DNA of 32,079 nucleotides. Source: Deltaproteobacteria bacterium. GTDB lineage: Bacteria > Desulfobacterota > SM23-61. The stretch spans positions 1-32,079 of the forward strand of contig JAPLIW010000424.1 of assembly GCA_026388915.1 (NCBI GenBank). The letters run 5' to 3'. Within the stretch, counting starts at the first letter, position 1. Every line of letters starts with the position of its first letter. The notes under the pieces are model-generated. The model saw only the letters and a list, made by a program, of their open reading frames with translations. It was not told where the DNA came from and made no database searches. Of this stretch, positions 1-8,304 are shown piece by piece. Made by a program: the position numbers and the translations under genes.

Positions 1-765
1 GGGGAAATGGCTACTGGGGTAGTTCACCGGTTGACTCGCTCCGGCATCCGCGTCTGCATCACCGAAATTCCCGAGCCCCTGGCGGTACGGCGGGAGGTGG
101 CCTTTTGCGAGGCGGTCTTCGACGGTCGGAAAGAGGTAGAAGGACTCGTCGCCCGCCGGGTGGCCGATACAAAGGAAATCCTGGAGGCTTGGGAAGAGGG
201 AATGATCCCCCTCCTGGTCGACCCGGAATGTAAAATCCGTGAAGTGCTGAAGCCGCAGGTGCTGGTGGACGCCATTATGGCCAAGAGAAACGTGGGAACC
301 CGGATGGGGGATGCTCCCCTGGTGATCGGCCTGGGCCCCGGGTTCTGCGCCGGAAAGGATGTTCATCTGGTGGTGGAAACCAACCGCGGGCACAACCTGG
401 GGAGGGTGATCGAGGAAGGGGAGGCGGAACCGAACAGCGGCATTCCCGGGGAGATTGGGGGATATACCTGGGAAAGAGTTTTGCGGGCGCCGGGAAGCGG
501 AAGATTGCTGGGAAGCAAGAAAATCGGAGACCCGGTAAAAAAGGGGGAAGGGGTTGCCCGGGTGGAAGGGGCCGTGGTGGAGGCCGGGATCGATGGGGTC
601 CTTAGGGGCATCCTTAGGGACGGCCTTTCAGTCCATCAGGGGATGAAAGTCGGGGACATCGATCCCCGGGGGATTCGGGCCCATTGTTTTACCATTTCCG
701 ACAAGGCCCGGGCTATCGGAGGAGGGGTCCTGGAAGCGATTCTGATGGGGTATGACCAACTCTAG
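1..765 (+). CDS. yqeB: Selenium-dependent molybdenum cofactor biosynthesis protein YqeB (5' end truncated by the window edge)
   Basis: Frame is open from base 1 (GEMATGV, the tail of the RGxGEMA motif). Contains VRREVAF, DAIMAK, IGLGPGF, VETNRGHNLG, ERVLRAP, KVGDIDPR and ISDKARAIGGGVLEA, typical of YqeB. Confidence 0.9.
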   Translation, partial: GEMATGVVHRLTRSGIRVCITEIPEPLAVRREVAFCEAVFDGRKEVEGLVARRVADTKEILEAWEEGMIPLLVDPECKIREVLKPQVLVDAIMAKRNVGTRMGDAPLVIGLGPGFCAGKDVHLVVETNRGHNLGRVIEEGEAEPNSGIPGEIGGYTWERVLRAPGSGRLLGSKKIGDPVKKGEGVARVEGAVVEAGIDGVLRGILRDGLSVHQGMKVGDIDPRGIRAHCFTISDKARAIGGGVLEAILMGYDQL

Positions 766-777
766 GAGAAAGAGTCG

Positions 778-1566
778 ATGCAAGATCTGTACGAGGAGAT
801 TGTAAGAATCAAAGAGGAAGGAAAGAGGGGAGTCCTGGCAACGGTCGTCCGCACGCAAGGCTCGACGCCGCGGGAAGTGGGGGCGAAAATGCTGGTTCAT
901 GAAGACGGCTCGATCTCGGGGACCATCGGAGGAGGGCGTCTGGAGGCGGCGGTCATAAAAGAGGCCTTGGACACGCTGGCCACGGGAGAACCCCGCACGA
1001 TTCACCATGATCTGACCGGCCCGGAAGCCTCCGAGGTGGGGATGATCTGCGGGGGGACTCTGGAAGTCTACCTCGAACCCATCCTTTCGGGCCCCAAGGT
1101 CTTTCTTTTCGGGGGGGGCCATGTATCCCTACCCGTGGCCCGGCTTTCGAAAATGGCGGGTTTCCGGGTGGCGGTGATCGACGACCGGCCTGAATTTGCC
1201 AACCGGGAACGGTTTCCCGAAGCGGAAGAGGTGATTGCCGAGGAATTTCCCTCGGCCCTGAAAAAATTGAAGACCCACCGCGAGAGCTACCTGGTCATCC
1301 TTACCCGGGGCCACGCCTACGATCAAGAGGTTCTGGAGTGGGCTTTGGGGACGGCGGCCCGCTACGTCGGCATGATCGGAAGCCGGAAGAAAGTCCAGAC
1401 GGTTTTCAGCAACCTGAAGGAGAAGGGCGTATCAGCGGAAAAGCTGAATTCCGTCCATTCGCCCATCGGCCTGGACATCGGGGGCAAGACCCCGGAAGAG
1501 ATCGCCGTGAGCATCGTGGCGGAAATGATCCAGGAAAGGCGCAAGGGGAAGGGCAGGGGGGTATGA
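778..1566 (+). CDS. xdhC: XdhC/CoxI-family molybdenum hydroxylase maturation factor
   Basis: GSTPREVGAKM, GTIGGG, GMICGG, FGGGHV, DDRPEFA, TRGH, YVGMIGS and PIGLDIG..TPEEIAVSI motifs. Confidence 0.92.
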   Translation: MQDLYEEIVRIKEEGKRGVLATVVRTQGSTPREVGAKMLVHEDGSISGTIGGGRLEAAVIKEALDTLATGEPRTIHHDLTGPEASEVGMICGGTLEVYLEPILSGPKVFLFGGGHVSLPVARLSKMAGFRVAVIDDRPEFANRERFPEAEEVIAEEFPSALKKLKTHRESYLVILTRGHAYDQEVLEWALGTAARYVGMIGSRKKVQTVFSNLKEKGVSAEKLNSVHSPIGLDIGGKTPEEIAVSIVAEMIQERRKGKGRGV

Positions 1567-2618
1567 TTTCGGCCATCATCCTGGCGGCCGGCGAATCCCG
1601 GAGAATGGGGAGACCCAAGCTGATCCTGGACTGGCAGGGGAAAACCATCCTGCAGCATGTTCTTGACGCGCTGCGGGGTTCTCCCGTGGGCGAAGTGGTT
1701 CTGGTCCTGGGACACGAAGCCGAGCGGATTCGGGGGAGGATTCAGGCTCCGGGGGTCAAGATCGTCATAAACCCCGATTATCGGGAAGGAATGAGCACTT
1801 CTCTCCGTAGGGGCATCCTGGCGGCAGACCCGGACACCCAGGCCTTTCTGGTGGTCCTGGCTGACCAGCCCGGAATCAATCCAAAAATCATCGATGAGTT
1901 AATCCTGAATTTCCGCCAAGCCTTTCCCGGGAAGAACATCGTCGTCCCGGTGATCGAACGAAAAGGGGTCATCGTAACAACCACCACCAAAATCTGGGAG
2001 CCCGCGCCCTCTCCTTCTTTTTCCTTATTCTGTTCCTCTCAGTTTCCCCTGGTAAAGGAATGGGTTACCGGAAAGCTGGGAAGTGTTCCTTATCTGGTCG
2101 TTGCCCGGGAGAAGTTGAACAACGGAAAACTGCGGGGAATTCCTCCCGCATGGATTGAAGAACTCGGATCCTTACCCGGAGTCTCCTTCTTAATTACCGA
2201 AGCGGACGGGGCTGCGGGCCGCTCCCTCAAGGCCGCCCGGGAGGACGAACCCGTTCTGCCGGCCAATTCCAGCCTCCTGGTTCCGGTGGTGGGCATGGAT
2301 GCCTTAGGCTGTCCCTTGGACGACAAGCATGTATTCCGGGCGGATTTGGCCGCCCGTCTTCTCGGCGTGAATCCGGGAATCGAAATCACCGAAGAAGTCA
2401 TAGCCCGTCTTTTAGTGCATATTCTGAGGGACACTCCCCCCAAAGCCAGGGTAATCCCCTTTCTCAACAAGGTCGATCTCCCCGGATGTCTGGAGAAGGG
2501 CAAAAGCCTGGCCAGATATCTCTTATCCTTCAAACCTCCGGGTATTCAGCGGGTGGTCCTGGGTCATGCCCGACAATCTCCGCCGGTGAAAGAAATCATC
2601 GAAAAGCCAAAAGCCTGA
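1563..2618 (+). CDS. In-frame chimera of a MocA-like Mo-cofactor nucleotidyltransferase (aa 1-130) and N-terminally truncated YqeC; possibly a pseudogene
   Basis: ATG at 1563 overlaps the xdhC stop (ATGA). N-part has ILAAGESRRMGRPKL, NPDYREGMSTSL and LADQP. After NIVVPV (ends 1952) it switches to YqeC motifs TTTTK, EADGA..LKA..EP, VVGMDALG and NKVD. The ORF-track start at 1338 is a spurious extension. Confidence 0.8.
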   Translation: MISAIILAAGESRRMGRPKLILDWQGKTILQHVLDALRGSPVGEVVLVLGHEAERIRGRIQAPGVKIVINPDYREGMSTSLRRGILAADPDTQAFLVVLADQPGINPKIIDELILNFRQAFPGKNIVVPVIERKGVIVTTTTKIWEPAPSPSFSLFCSSQFPLVKEWVTGKLGSVPYLVVAREKLNNGKLRGIPPAWIEELGSLPGVSFLITEADGAAGRSLKAAREDEPVLPANSSLLVPVVGMDALGCPLDDKHVFRADLAARLLGVNPGIEITEEVIARLLVHILRDTPPKARVIPFLNKVDLPGCLEKGKSLARYLLSFKPPGIQRVVLGHARQSPPVKEIIEKPKA

Positions 2619-2644
2619 AGATTGAATCAGAGGACTATTCTTTT

Positions 2645-2675
2645 AATCCGCAATCCGCAATCGGAAATCCGAAAT
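2645..2675. repeat. Heptamer tandem repeat (AATCCGC-type, about 4.5 units)
   Basis: aatccgc aatccgc aatcgga aatccga aat. Confidence 0.8.
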
Positions 2676-2825
2676 GCCAACGAAGATTTCTTCTTGACCC
2701 TGACCCGCCGGTCCCCATATACTTTCCAGGAGAGGAAATCTTGAATTAAAATCAAGTCTGCTGAGTACCTTGAGAACTGAGCAGAGGTCGGTTATGGCAG
2801 ACCGGTCTGCGTTGGAGAATAGAAG

Positions 2826-3218
2826 ATGGAAAAAACATCCCGTGTCTTCAAGATCAAAGAGATGAAACCGGTGGACCGCGGTCCCGGTTTGAGGGGCTGG
2901 CCGCTGGTAACCGGCGAAATCGGTTCGGAACATCTGACCACCGGAATCACCGAATTCCAGCCGGGGGCCTTCCTGGCCATGCATATTCACAACTGCGAAG
3001 AGCAGGTCACGGTCATCGAAGGAAAAGCCACGGCGGTCATTGATGGAATCTCCCATCAAGTAACCGCTCCGGATACGACATTCATATTCCCGGGCGTGCC
3101 CCATCGGTTCATCAACACCGGCGACAAACCCATGAAGATTATGTGGGTGTACACGACCACCCAGGTGACCCGGACTTTCGTGGACACGGGGAAAAAAGAA
3201 GATTACTTGAAAAAATGA
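2826..3218 (+). CDS. Cupin domain protein
   Basis: Two cupin metal-binding motifs: PGAFLAMHIHNCEEQVTVIEG and IFPGVPHRFIN. Upstream GGAG RBS. Confidence 0.88.
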   Translation: MEKTSRVFKIKEMKPVDRGPGLRGWPLVTGEIGSEHLTTGITEFQPGAFLAMHIHNCEEQVTVIEGKATAVIDGISHQVTAPDTTFIFPGVPHRFINTGDKPMKIMWVYTTTQVTRTFVDTGKKEDYLKK

Positions 3219-3314
3219 ACCAGTTTCGCCGGTTATATCTCTGCGCTCTTTTACTACTAACGTGCAGATTCTTTAAATTCTGCAAAGAAAATTTTCTTTA
3301 GGCAACGATTCTCT

Positions 3315-3362
3315 GAAATCCCCCCAACCCCCCTTTATCAAAGGGGGGCGAGGGGGGATTTC
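3315..3362. repeat. REP-like C-rich/G-rich palindrome
   Basis: gaaatcccccc-aa-ccccccttt-atc-aaagggggg-cga-ggggggatttc. Confidence 0.75.
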
Positions 3363-3421
3363 TGGGATGACGGGTGTTGATATGAAAAATTTTGCGGTTT
3401 GTTAAGATTTTTTTCTCGATC

Positions 3422-3456
3422 TTTATCCGCGTTTATCCGTGTTCATCCGCGTCCCA
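3422..3456. repeat. Decamer tandem repeat (3 units plus tail)
   Basis: tttatccgcg tttatccgtg ttcatccgcg tccca. Confidence 0.8.
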
Positions 3457-3508
3457 TTAGGTCTTTTGTCTTTAAGTCTTTGGCGAATATAAAAGAGGCT
3501 ACCCGATC

Positions 3509-4564
3509 ATGGAATACGTTCGACCTTCCATTGCTGCGATGAAAGGCTATGTGCCGGGAATCCAGCCGGACCCCGCTCAGAAATACATTAAGCTCAACAG
3601 CAACGAGAACCCCTATCCGCCGTCTCCGCGGGTGAGAGAAGTCCTTCAGCGGCTGCATTACGATGATTTGCGGATCTACCCCGACCCGATGAGCCTTGAA
3701 CTCCGGGAAAAACTGGCCCGCCTCCATGGCTTCTCGGCAGAACAAATCATCTGCGGAAACGGTTCGGATGACATCCTGAACATGATCGTGCGGACTTTTG
3801 CCCAGCCCGGCGAAGCCATCGGTTTCTATGAGCCTACTTTCCCGCTGTACAAAGTGCTGGGCGTAATTCAGGGGGTCCGGAACCTGGCCATTCCGGTTAC
3901 CGAGCCCTATGACCGGCCCCCGGACCCGCCTTCGGAAGTAAAAGTCTTTTTCCTGGCCAACCCCAACTCCCCGGTGGGATTCCTGTACCCCCTTTCCTTG
4001 GTCCGGGACCTGGCCCGGAAGGTTCGGGGAGTCTTCGTGGTTGATGAGGCCTACGTTGAATTCGCCCCGGAAAACGCGCTGAGCTTTGTCCGGCAGGTGG
4101 AAAACGTGATCGTGGTTCGCACGGTCTCCAAGTCTTACTCCCTGGCCGGTGTGCGGCTGGGGTATGCCATCGGAAGGGAGACCCTGGTCCAGGAAATGTT
4201 CAAGGTGAAAGACCCTTTCAACGTGAACCGTTTGACCCAGGCAGTGGTGTCGACGGCGCTGGAGGATCAGGATTACTTCCGAAAAAATATTTCCCGGGTC
4301 GTGGGAACCCGAGACTGGTTTAGCCGGGAGGCGCGGGCCCTGGGATACCGGATCATTTCTTCTCAGGGGAACTTCGTGTTCCCTCAACCGCCCCAGAAGG
4401 GGAGAGGAATCAAATTTTTCCAAACCCTCTTCGATCGAAAGATTTTAACCCGCCACTATGATGTAGAGGGACTGCGGGACGGGGTTCGGATGTCCATCGG
4501 CACCCGCGAGGAGATGGAGATCACCCTTCAGGTGATGAGCGACATACTAAAAATACTGAAGTAA
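3509..4564 (+). CDS. hisC: Histidinol-phosphate aminotransferase family protein
   Basis: IKLNSNENPY, GNGSDD, ANPNSP, VDEAYVEF, RTVSKSYSLAGVRLGY (PLP lysine), GNFV and RMSIGT. Confidence 0.85.
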   Translation: MEYVRPSIAAMKGYVPGIQPDPAQKYIKLNSNENPYPPSPRVREVLQRLHYDDLRIYPDPMSLELREKLARLHGFSAEQIICGNGSDDILNMIVRTFAQPGEAIGFYEPTFPLYKVLGVIQGVRNLAIPVTEPYDRPPDPPSEVKVFFLANPNSPVGFLYPLSLVRDLARKVRGVFVVDEAYVEFAPENALSFVRQVENVIVVRTVSKSYSLAGVRLGYAIGRETLVQEMFKVKDPFNVNRLTQAVVSTALEDQDYFRKNISRVVGTRDWFSREARALGYRIISSQGNFVFPQPPQKGRGIKFFQTLFDRKILTRHYDVEGLRDGVRMSIGTREEMEITLQVMSDILKILK

Positions 4565-4593
4565 CGGAAGGTTAGAAAAGAAAAAATTCCCAC

Positions 4594-4628
4594 CCAATAT
4601 TCTATCATTCCAACATTCCACTATTCCA
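4594..4628. repeat. Octamer tandem repeat (about 4 units)
   Basis: ccaatatt ctatcatt ccaacatt ccactatt cca, directly upstream of the GAGGAG RBS of the next gene. Confidence 0.7.
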
Positions 4629-4643
4629 TTTTGAGGAGATTAT

Positions 4644-5828
4644 ATGGCCATTTCAACGAAAATCCAGGGTTACATGGAGCGGGCCTCCTGGATCCGAAAG
4701 ATGTTCGAACAGGGATTGGAGTTAAAAGCCAAAATCGGGGCGGACAAGGTTTTCGATTTCAGCCTGGGAAACCCGAACCTGGAGCCGCCGGAGAAAGTGC
4801 GGAAGACGATCCTGGAAGTCATCGGAGACGAGCGCCCCGGGAAACATGCTTATATGCCCAACGCAGGGTTGAAAGAGACCCGGGAGGCAGTGGCCGGGTT
4901 CCTTGCTAAGGAACACGGGGTTCCCATGACCTGGGAGCAGGTGATCATGACCTGCGGGGCCGGCGGAGCCCTCAACGTTGCCTTGAAAACCATCCTGGAC
5001 GCCGGGGATGAAGTAATCGTCCTGTCCCCCTATTTCGTCGAGTATCTGTTTTATATCGATAATCATAACGGTGTCGGTAAGTTAGCTAAAACAAATGAAG
5101 ATTTTACTTTAAATTTAAAGGAGATTGAGGCGACCATCACTCCCAAGACCAAGGCCATCATTTTGAACTCGCCCAACAATCCATCGGGCCGTATTTATGA
5201 TGAAAAAAGTTTAAGGAATTTGGGAGAACTGTTTGAAACAATTAAACAAAAAAACAATCAAACAATCTATCTCTTATCCGATGAACCCTACAGCAAGATC
5301 GTTTATGACGGAGCCAGGGTTCCGAGTATTTATCAGGCGTACACAGAGAGCATCATTGTCACTTCATACTCCAAGGATCTTTCTTTGCCCGGAGAGCGGA
5401 TCGGCTACCTGGGTGTGAATCCCCGGATGGAAAATTGGAAACAAGCTGTCGACGGCCTCACTTTCTGCAACCGGATTTTAGGTTTTGTGAACGCCCCGGC
5501 TTTGATGCAACGCATCCTTGTCAAGCTTCAGGGGGTATCGGTCAACGTGGCCGAGTATAAATGGAAGAGGGATAACCTGTGCCGGGGATTGGCTGAGGCC
5601 GGGTATTCCTTCGTCAAGCCGGAGGGGGCGTTTTATCTGTTTCCCAAGTCTCCCATCGCTGACGATGTTAAGTTCGTGAATATCCTCCTACAGGAGAATA
5701 TTCTCGGGGTTCCCGGGACAGGCTTTGGAACTCCGGGACATTTCCGTCTCGCATACTGCGTGGAAGACCGGGTCATCGAAGGGTCCCTTGAAGGCTTCCG
5801 CCGGGCTATCCAGAAGGTCTCTCGTTAA
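4644..5828 (+). CDS. PLP-dependent class I aminotransferase (aspartate aminotransferase-like)
   Basis: SWIRKMFE, FSLGNP, GAGGALN, NSPNNPSG, SDEPY, SYSKDLSLPGERIGY and PEGAFYLF. GAGGAG RBS. Confidence 0.9.
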   Translation: MAISTKIQGYMERASWIRKMFEQGLELKAKIGADKVFDFSLGNPNLEPPEKVRKTILEVIGDERPGKHAYMPNAGLKETREAVAGFLAKEHGVPMTWEQVIMTCGAGGALNVALKTILDAGDEVIVLSPYFVEYLFYIDNHNGVGKLAKTNEDFTLNLKEIEATITPKTKAIILNSPNNPSGRIYDEKSLRNLGELFETIKQKNNQTIYLLSDEPYSKIVYDGARVPSIYQAYTESIIVTSYSKDLSLPGERIGYLGVNPRMENWKQAVDGLTFCNRILGFVNAPALMQRILVKLQGVSVNVAEYKWKRDNLCRGLAEAGYSFVKPEGAFYLFPKSPIADDVKFVNILLQENILGVPGTGFGTPGHFRLAYCVEDRVIEGSLEGFRRAIQKVSR

Positions 5829-5903
5829 ACATACTCACGCCCTGCCAAGCATGAAAGGGGCCTGGCTTTTGCCCTCCTTAAGAAATTACTTTAGGGCCCT
5901 ATA

Positions 5904-5931
5904 ACGTCTGATAATATATATTATGTAAACT
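5904..5931 (+). other. dif: dif site (XerC/XerD chromosome dimer resolution site)
   Basis: ACGTCTGATAA-TATATA-TTATGTAAACT has the 11-6-11 layout. The spacer and right arm match the B. subtilis dif as I recall it, and the right arm is close to the E. coli XerD arm TTATGTTAAAT. It is AT-rich and intergenic. Confidence 0.85.
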
Positions 5932-6154
5932 AGAAGAAGAAAAAATCTGTGAGCCTGGGCCAGGACCCGGGGATTAGGCGGTACCCTTTAACCTCCCCCT
6001 CCGCAGGCCAATGAAAGTCACGTTTCCTGGGTGATCCGAAAAAAAAGACAATCTCTGCCAAATCCACTTGAACCACCATAATTTCCTTAAGGTAAACTCC
6101 CGGCTCTGCCGGGGGATCTATTAGAGTTTGAAATTTCCGGGATGCTTGAGTTGT

Positions 6155-6414
6155 GGCCCGGGGGCAAGGAGTTTCTGGGCAAAAAGCATCGGCCGGCCTG
6201 GCCCTTTCCTTGGAGGCTTCGACCGGCTTCCGCAGGATGCGGCGGGTCGATCGGGCGTGCCAAATTCGGAATTCGGAATGTGGAATTCGGAATTTCTTGT
6301 TTTTTTTTTCATTCCGCATTCCGCACTCTACATTCCGCATTTCCATTGCCCGCCTAGCCCATGAAATGGAAGCCGCCTCATGATTTTTGCCCAGAAGCTC
6401 CTTGCCCCCGGGCC
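6155..6414. repeat. 35-bp inverted repeat (33/35 identical) enclosing nested hairpins
   Basis: 6155-6189 reads ggcccgggggcaaggagtttctgggcaaaaagcat. The reverse complement of 6380-6414 reads ggcccgggggcaaggagcttctgggcaaaaatcat. Confidence 0.9.
6262..6342. repeat. Heptamer-repeat hairpin element (CGGAATK / ATTCCGC arms)
   Basis: Left arm aattcgg aattcgg aatgtgg aattcgg, then a T-rich loop, then right arm attccgc attccgc actctac attccgc. A related copy lies inverted at 22981-23054. Confidence 0.85.
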
Positions 6415-6532
6415 TGGCATCCGCCCGAAGGCCACCTTTCGGTGTGGCGCCCATTTCAATCCGCTTTGAGCGGTTCACTCTTTTTCATACCTCCGGCTCT
6501 GCCGGAGGTCATGATTGGAGGGGAAATTGCCC

Positions 6533-6562
6533 TTGACACTCTCCTCCCCTATTTGTTAACCT
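6533..6562 (+). promoter_or_regulatory. Putative sigma70 promoter of the ABC transporter operon
   Basis: TTGACA (6533-6538), 18 nt, TAACCT (6557-6562) with an extended -10 TG. Confidence 0.55.
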
Positions 6563-6597
6563 TTTAAAGATTTATTGCCGAAAAAAGGAATTGGAGC

Positions 6598-7326
6598 ATG
6601 ATTGAATTCAAAGCGGTCCATAAATGGTTCGGCTCAATCCATGTCCTGAACGAAATTGACCTCTTTATCAAGCCGGGAGAAGTCGTCGTGGTCTGCGGGC
6701 CCAGCGGTTCGGGCAAAAGCACGCTCATCCGGTGCATAAACCGCCTGGAACCGATCCAAAAAGGCAACATTATTGTGGACGGCATTTCCCTCCAGGACCG
6801 CAAGACCAACCTTGCCAAACTGCGGGCCGAAGTGGGGATGGTTTTCCAGCAGTTCAACCTCTATCCCCACAAAACCGCTTTGCAAAATATCGTGCTGGCC
6901 CCGATGAAAGTGCGCAAACAGTCCCGGGAGGAGGCCGAGAGGATCGCCAAGAACCTGATGGCCAAAGTCGGCATTCCGGATAAAATCGGGAGCTATCCGG
7001 CCAACCTCTCGGGCGGCCAACAGCAGCGGGTGGCGATTGCCCGCGCCCTGGCCATGCAGCCCAAAATCATGCTCTTCGATGAACCCACTTCCGCCCTGGA
7101 CCCGGAGATGATCAACGAAGTCCTCGAGGTTATGACCAACCTGGCCCGCGAAGGCATGACCATGATTGTGGTCACCCATGAAATGGGATTTGCCCGGAGG
7201 GTCTCCCACCGCATCATCTTCATGGATGAAGGTCGGATCGTCGAAGAGGGCTCCCCCGACACTTTCTTCTCCCAGCCCAAGAGCGACAGAACGAAGGCCT
7301 TTTTGAGTACCATCTTGACTCACTAA
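6598..7326 (+). CDS. Polar amino acid ABC transporter ATP-binding protein (GlnQ/GltL-like)
   Basis: Walker [46 protein letters not shown] and VTHEMGFA. Confidence 0.95.
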   Translation: MIEFKAVHKWFGSIHVLNEIDLFIKPGEVVVVCGPSGSGKSTLIRCINRLEPIQKGNIIVDGISLQDRKTNLAKLRAEVGMVFQQFNLYPHKTALQNIVLAPMKVRKQSREEAERIAKNLMAKVGIPDKIGSYPANLSGGQQQRVAIARALAMQPKIMLFDEPTSALDPEMINEVLEVMTNLAREGMTMIVVTHEMGFARRVSHRIIFMDEGRIVEEGSPDTFFSQPKSDRTKAFLSTILTH

Positions 7327-7367
7327 ATCACCCGTCTAAGAAAAACCCCTAAAGGAGGTAAAAAGAG

Positions 7368-8228
7368 ATGAAACGATTCGGACTCGCTTTGATTTTGTCC
7401 CTTATTATTTTGAGCCTTGCGGCCTCCGCCCCGGCTCAGACCCAGTCCACCCTGGAAAAGATCAAAAACTCGGGTGTCTTTACCATCGGGGTGCGCAACG
7501 CCTCCGCCCCCTTCTCTTTCATCAACAAACAGAATGAAAGAGCCGGCTTCTCCAATGACCTGGCTGAGCTGGTTCATAAGGCCATCGAGAAGAAACTGGG
7601 AAAGCAGATCAAATTGGAGATGAAGGAAACCAGCCCGGCCACCCGGATTGCGCTGCTCACCAGCATGTCGGTAGACCTGATTACTGAAACGATGACCGAC
7701 ACCCGGCCCCGAAGGGACAGCGTCGATTTCAGCCTTACCTATTTTGTAACCGGAGCCGACTTCATTGTTAAGAAGGGAAGCCCCATTAAAGGGACCAAGG
7801 ATATCGCCGGGAAACGAATCGGCACCCAGCAGGGGTCGACCAATGAGCGGGTCCTGAGGGAGAAATACACCCAGGCCCAGCTGGTCACCTTCCCGGACCA
7901 GGCCGCTGCTTTCATGGCTCTGCAGCAGGGAAAGCTCGACGCTTACTGTAATGACGCGATTCAGCTCTGGGGGTTGAAGTATAAATCCGCCACTCCCGAC
8001 CAGTGGGTTGTCGTGGGAGACTGGATCAGCTACGAACCCTACGGGTTCGCGATGCGCAAGAATGACTCCGATTTCCGCGCCGTGGTAAACAACGCCCTGA
8101 TGGAAGCCATCGAGGGAGGAGAGTACTTCAAGCTCTATGAGAAATGGTTCGGGACCAAGAGCGACGTGCCCTACCCCATGAACCAGACCTTTAAGACCTT
8201 CCTCCTTTACCAGGTAGTTCCCAAATAA
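7368..8228 (+). CDS. Polar amino acid ABC transporter substrate-binding protein (family 3, GltI-like)
   Basis: Signal peptide, IGVRNASAPFSF, RIALL, VDFSLTYF, QQGST and EPYGFAMRK.D..F. AAGGAGG RBS. Confidence 0.9.
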   Translation: MKRFGLALILSLIILSLAASAPAQTQSTLEKIKNSGVFTIGVRNASAPFSFINKQNERAGFSNDLAELVHKAIEKKLGKQIKLEMKETSPATRIALLTSMSVDLITETMTDTRPRRDSVDFSLTYFVTGADFIVKKGSPIKGTKDIAGKRIGTQQGSTNERVLREKYTQAQLVTFPDQAAAFMALQQGKLDAYCNDAIQLWGLKYKSATPDQWVVVGDWISYEPYGFAMRKNDSDFRAVVNNALMEAIEGGEYFKLYEKWFGTKSDVPYPMNQTFKTFLLYQVVPK

Positions 8229-8246
8229 TAGGCACCAGGAAAAGAC

Positions 8247-8271
8247 TCCGGGGAGGCAACTCCTCCCCGGA
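8247..8271 (+). terminator. Intra-operon stem-loop after the binding-protein gene (mRNA stabiliser or partial terminator)
   Basis: tccggggagg-caact-cctccccgga, a perfect 10-bp stem followed by ttt. Confidence 0.6.
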
Positions 8272-8304
8272 TTTGGGTCCGGGATGATTTTTGGATTTCT
8301 AGGC

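Larger units (their letters stand above)
6091..6516 (+). mobile_element. Non-autonomous IS200/IS605-like element: both hairpin ends present, no tnpA
   Basis: Same-orientation hairpins ctcccggc-tct-gccggggg (6097-6115) and acctccggc-tct-gccggaggt (6489-6509), plus sub-terminal hairpins at 6431-6448 and 6461-6473. Resembles IS200/IS1541 end hairpins. No HUH ORF inside. Confidence 0.55.

Noticed and set aside
1338-1562. N-terminal extension of the 426-aa ORF
   Set aside because: It overlaps xdhC in another frame. The MocA motif begins at ATG 1563.
1-3218. Selenocysteine (UGA) read-through in the selenium-related cluster
   Set aside because: The ORFs end at family-typical positions, and I saw no in-frame TGA at a Cys-equivalent site.
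5930-6478. 182-aa minus-strand ORF and overlapping short ORFs
   Set aside because: They translate the heptamer and inverted repeats (MRNVECGMRNE, FRIPHSEFRI) and show no domain motifs.
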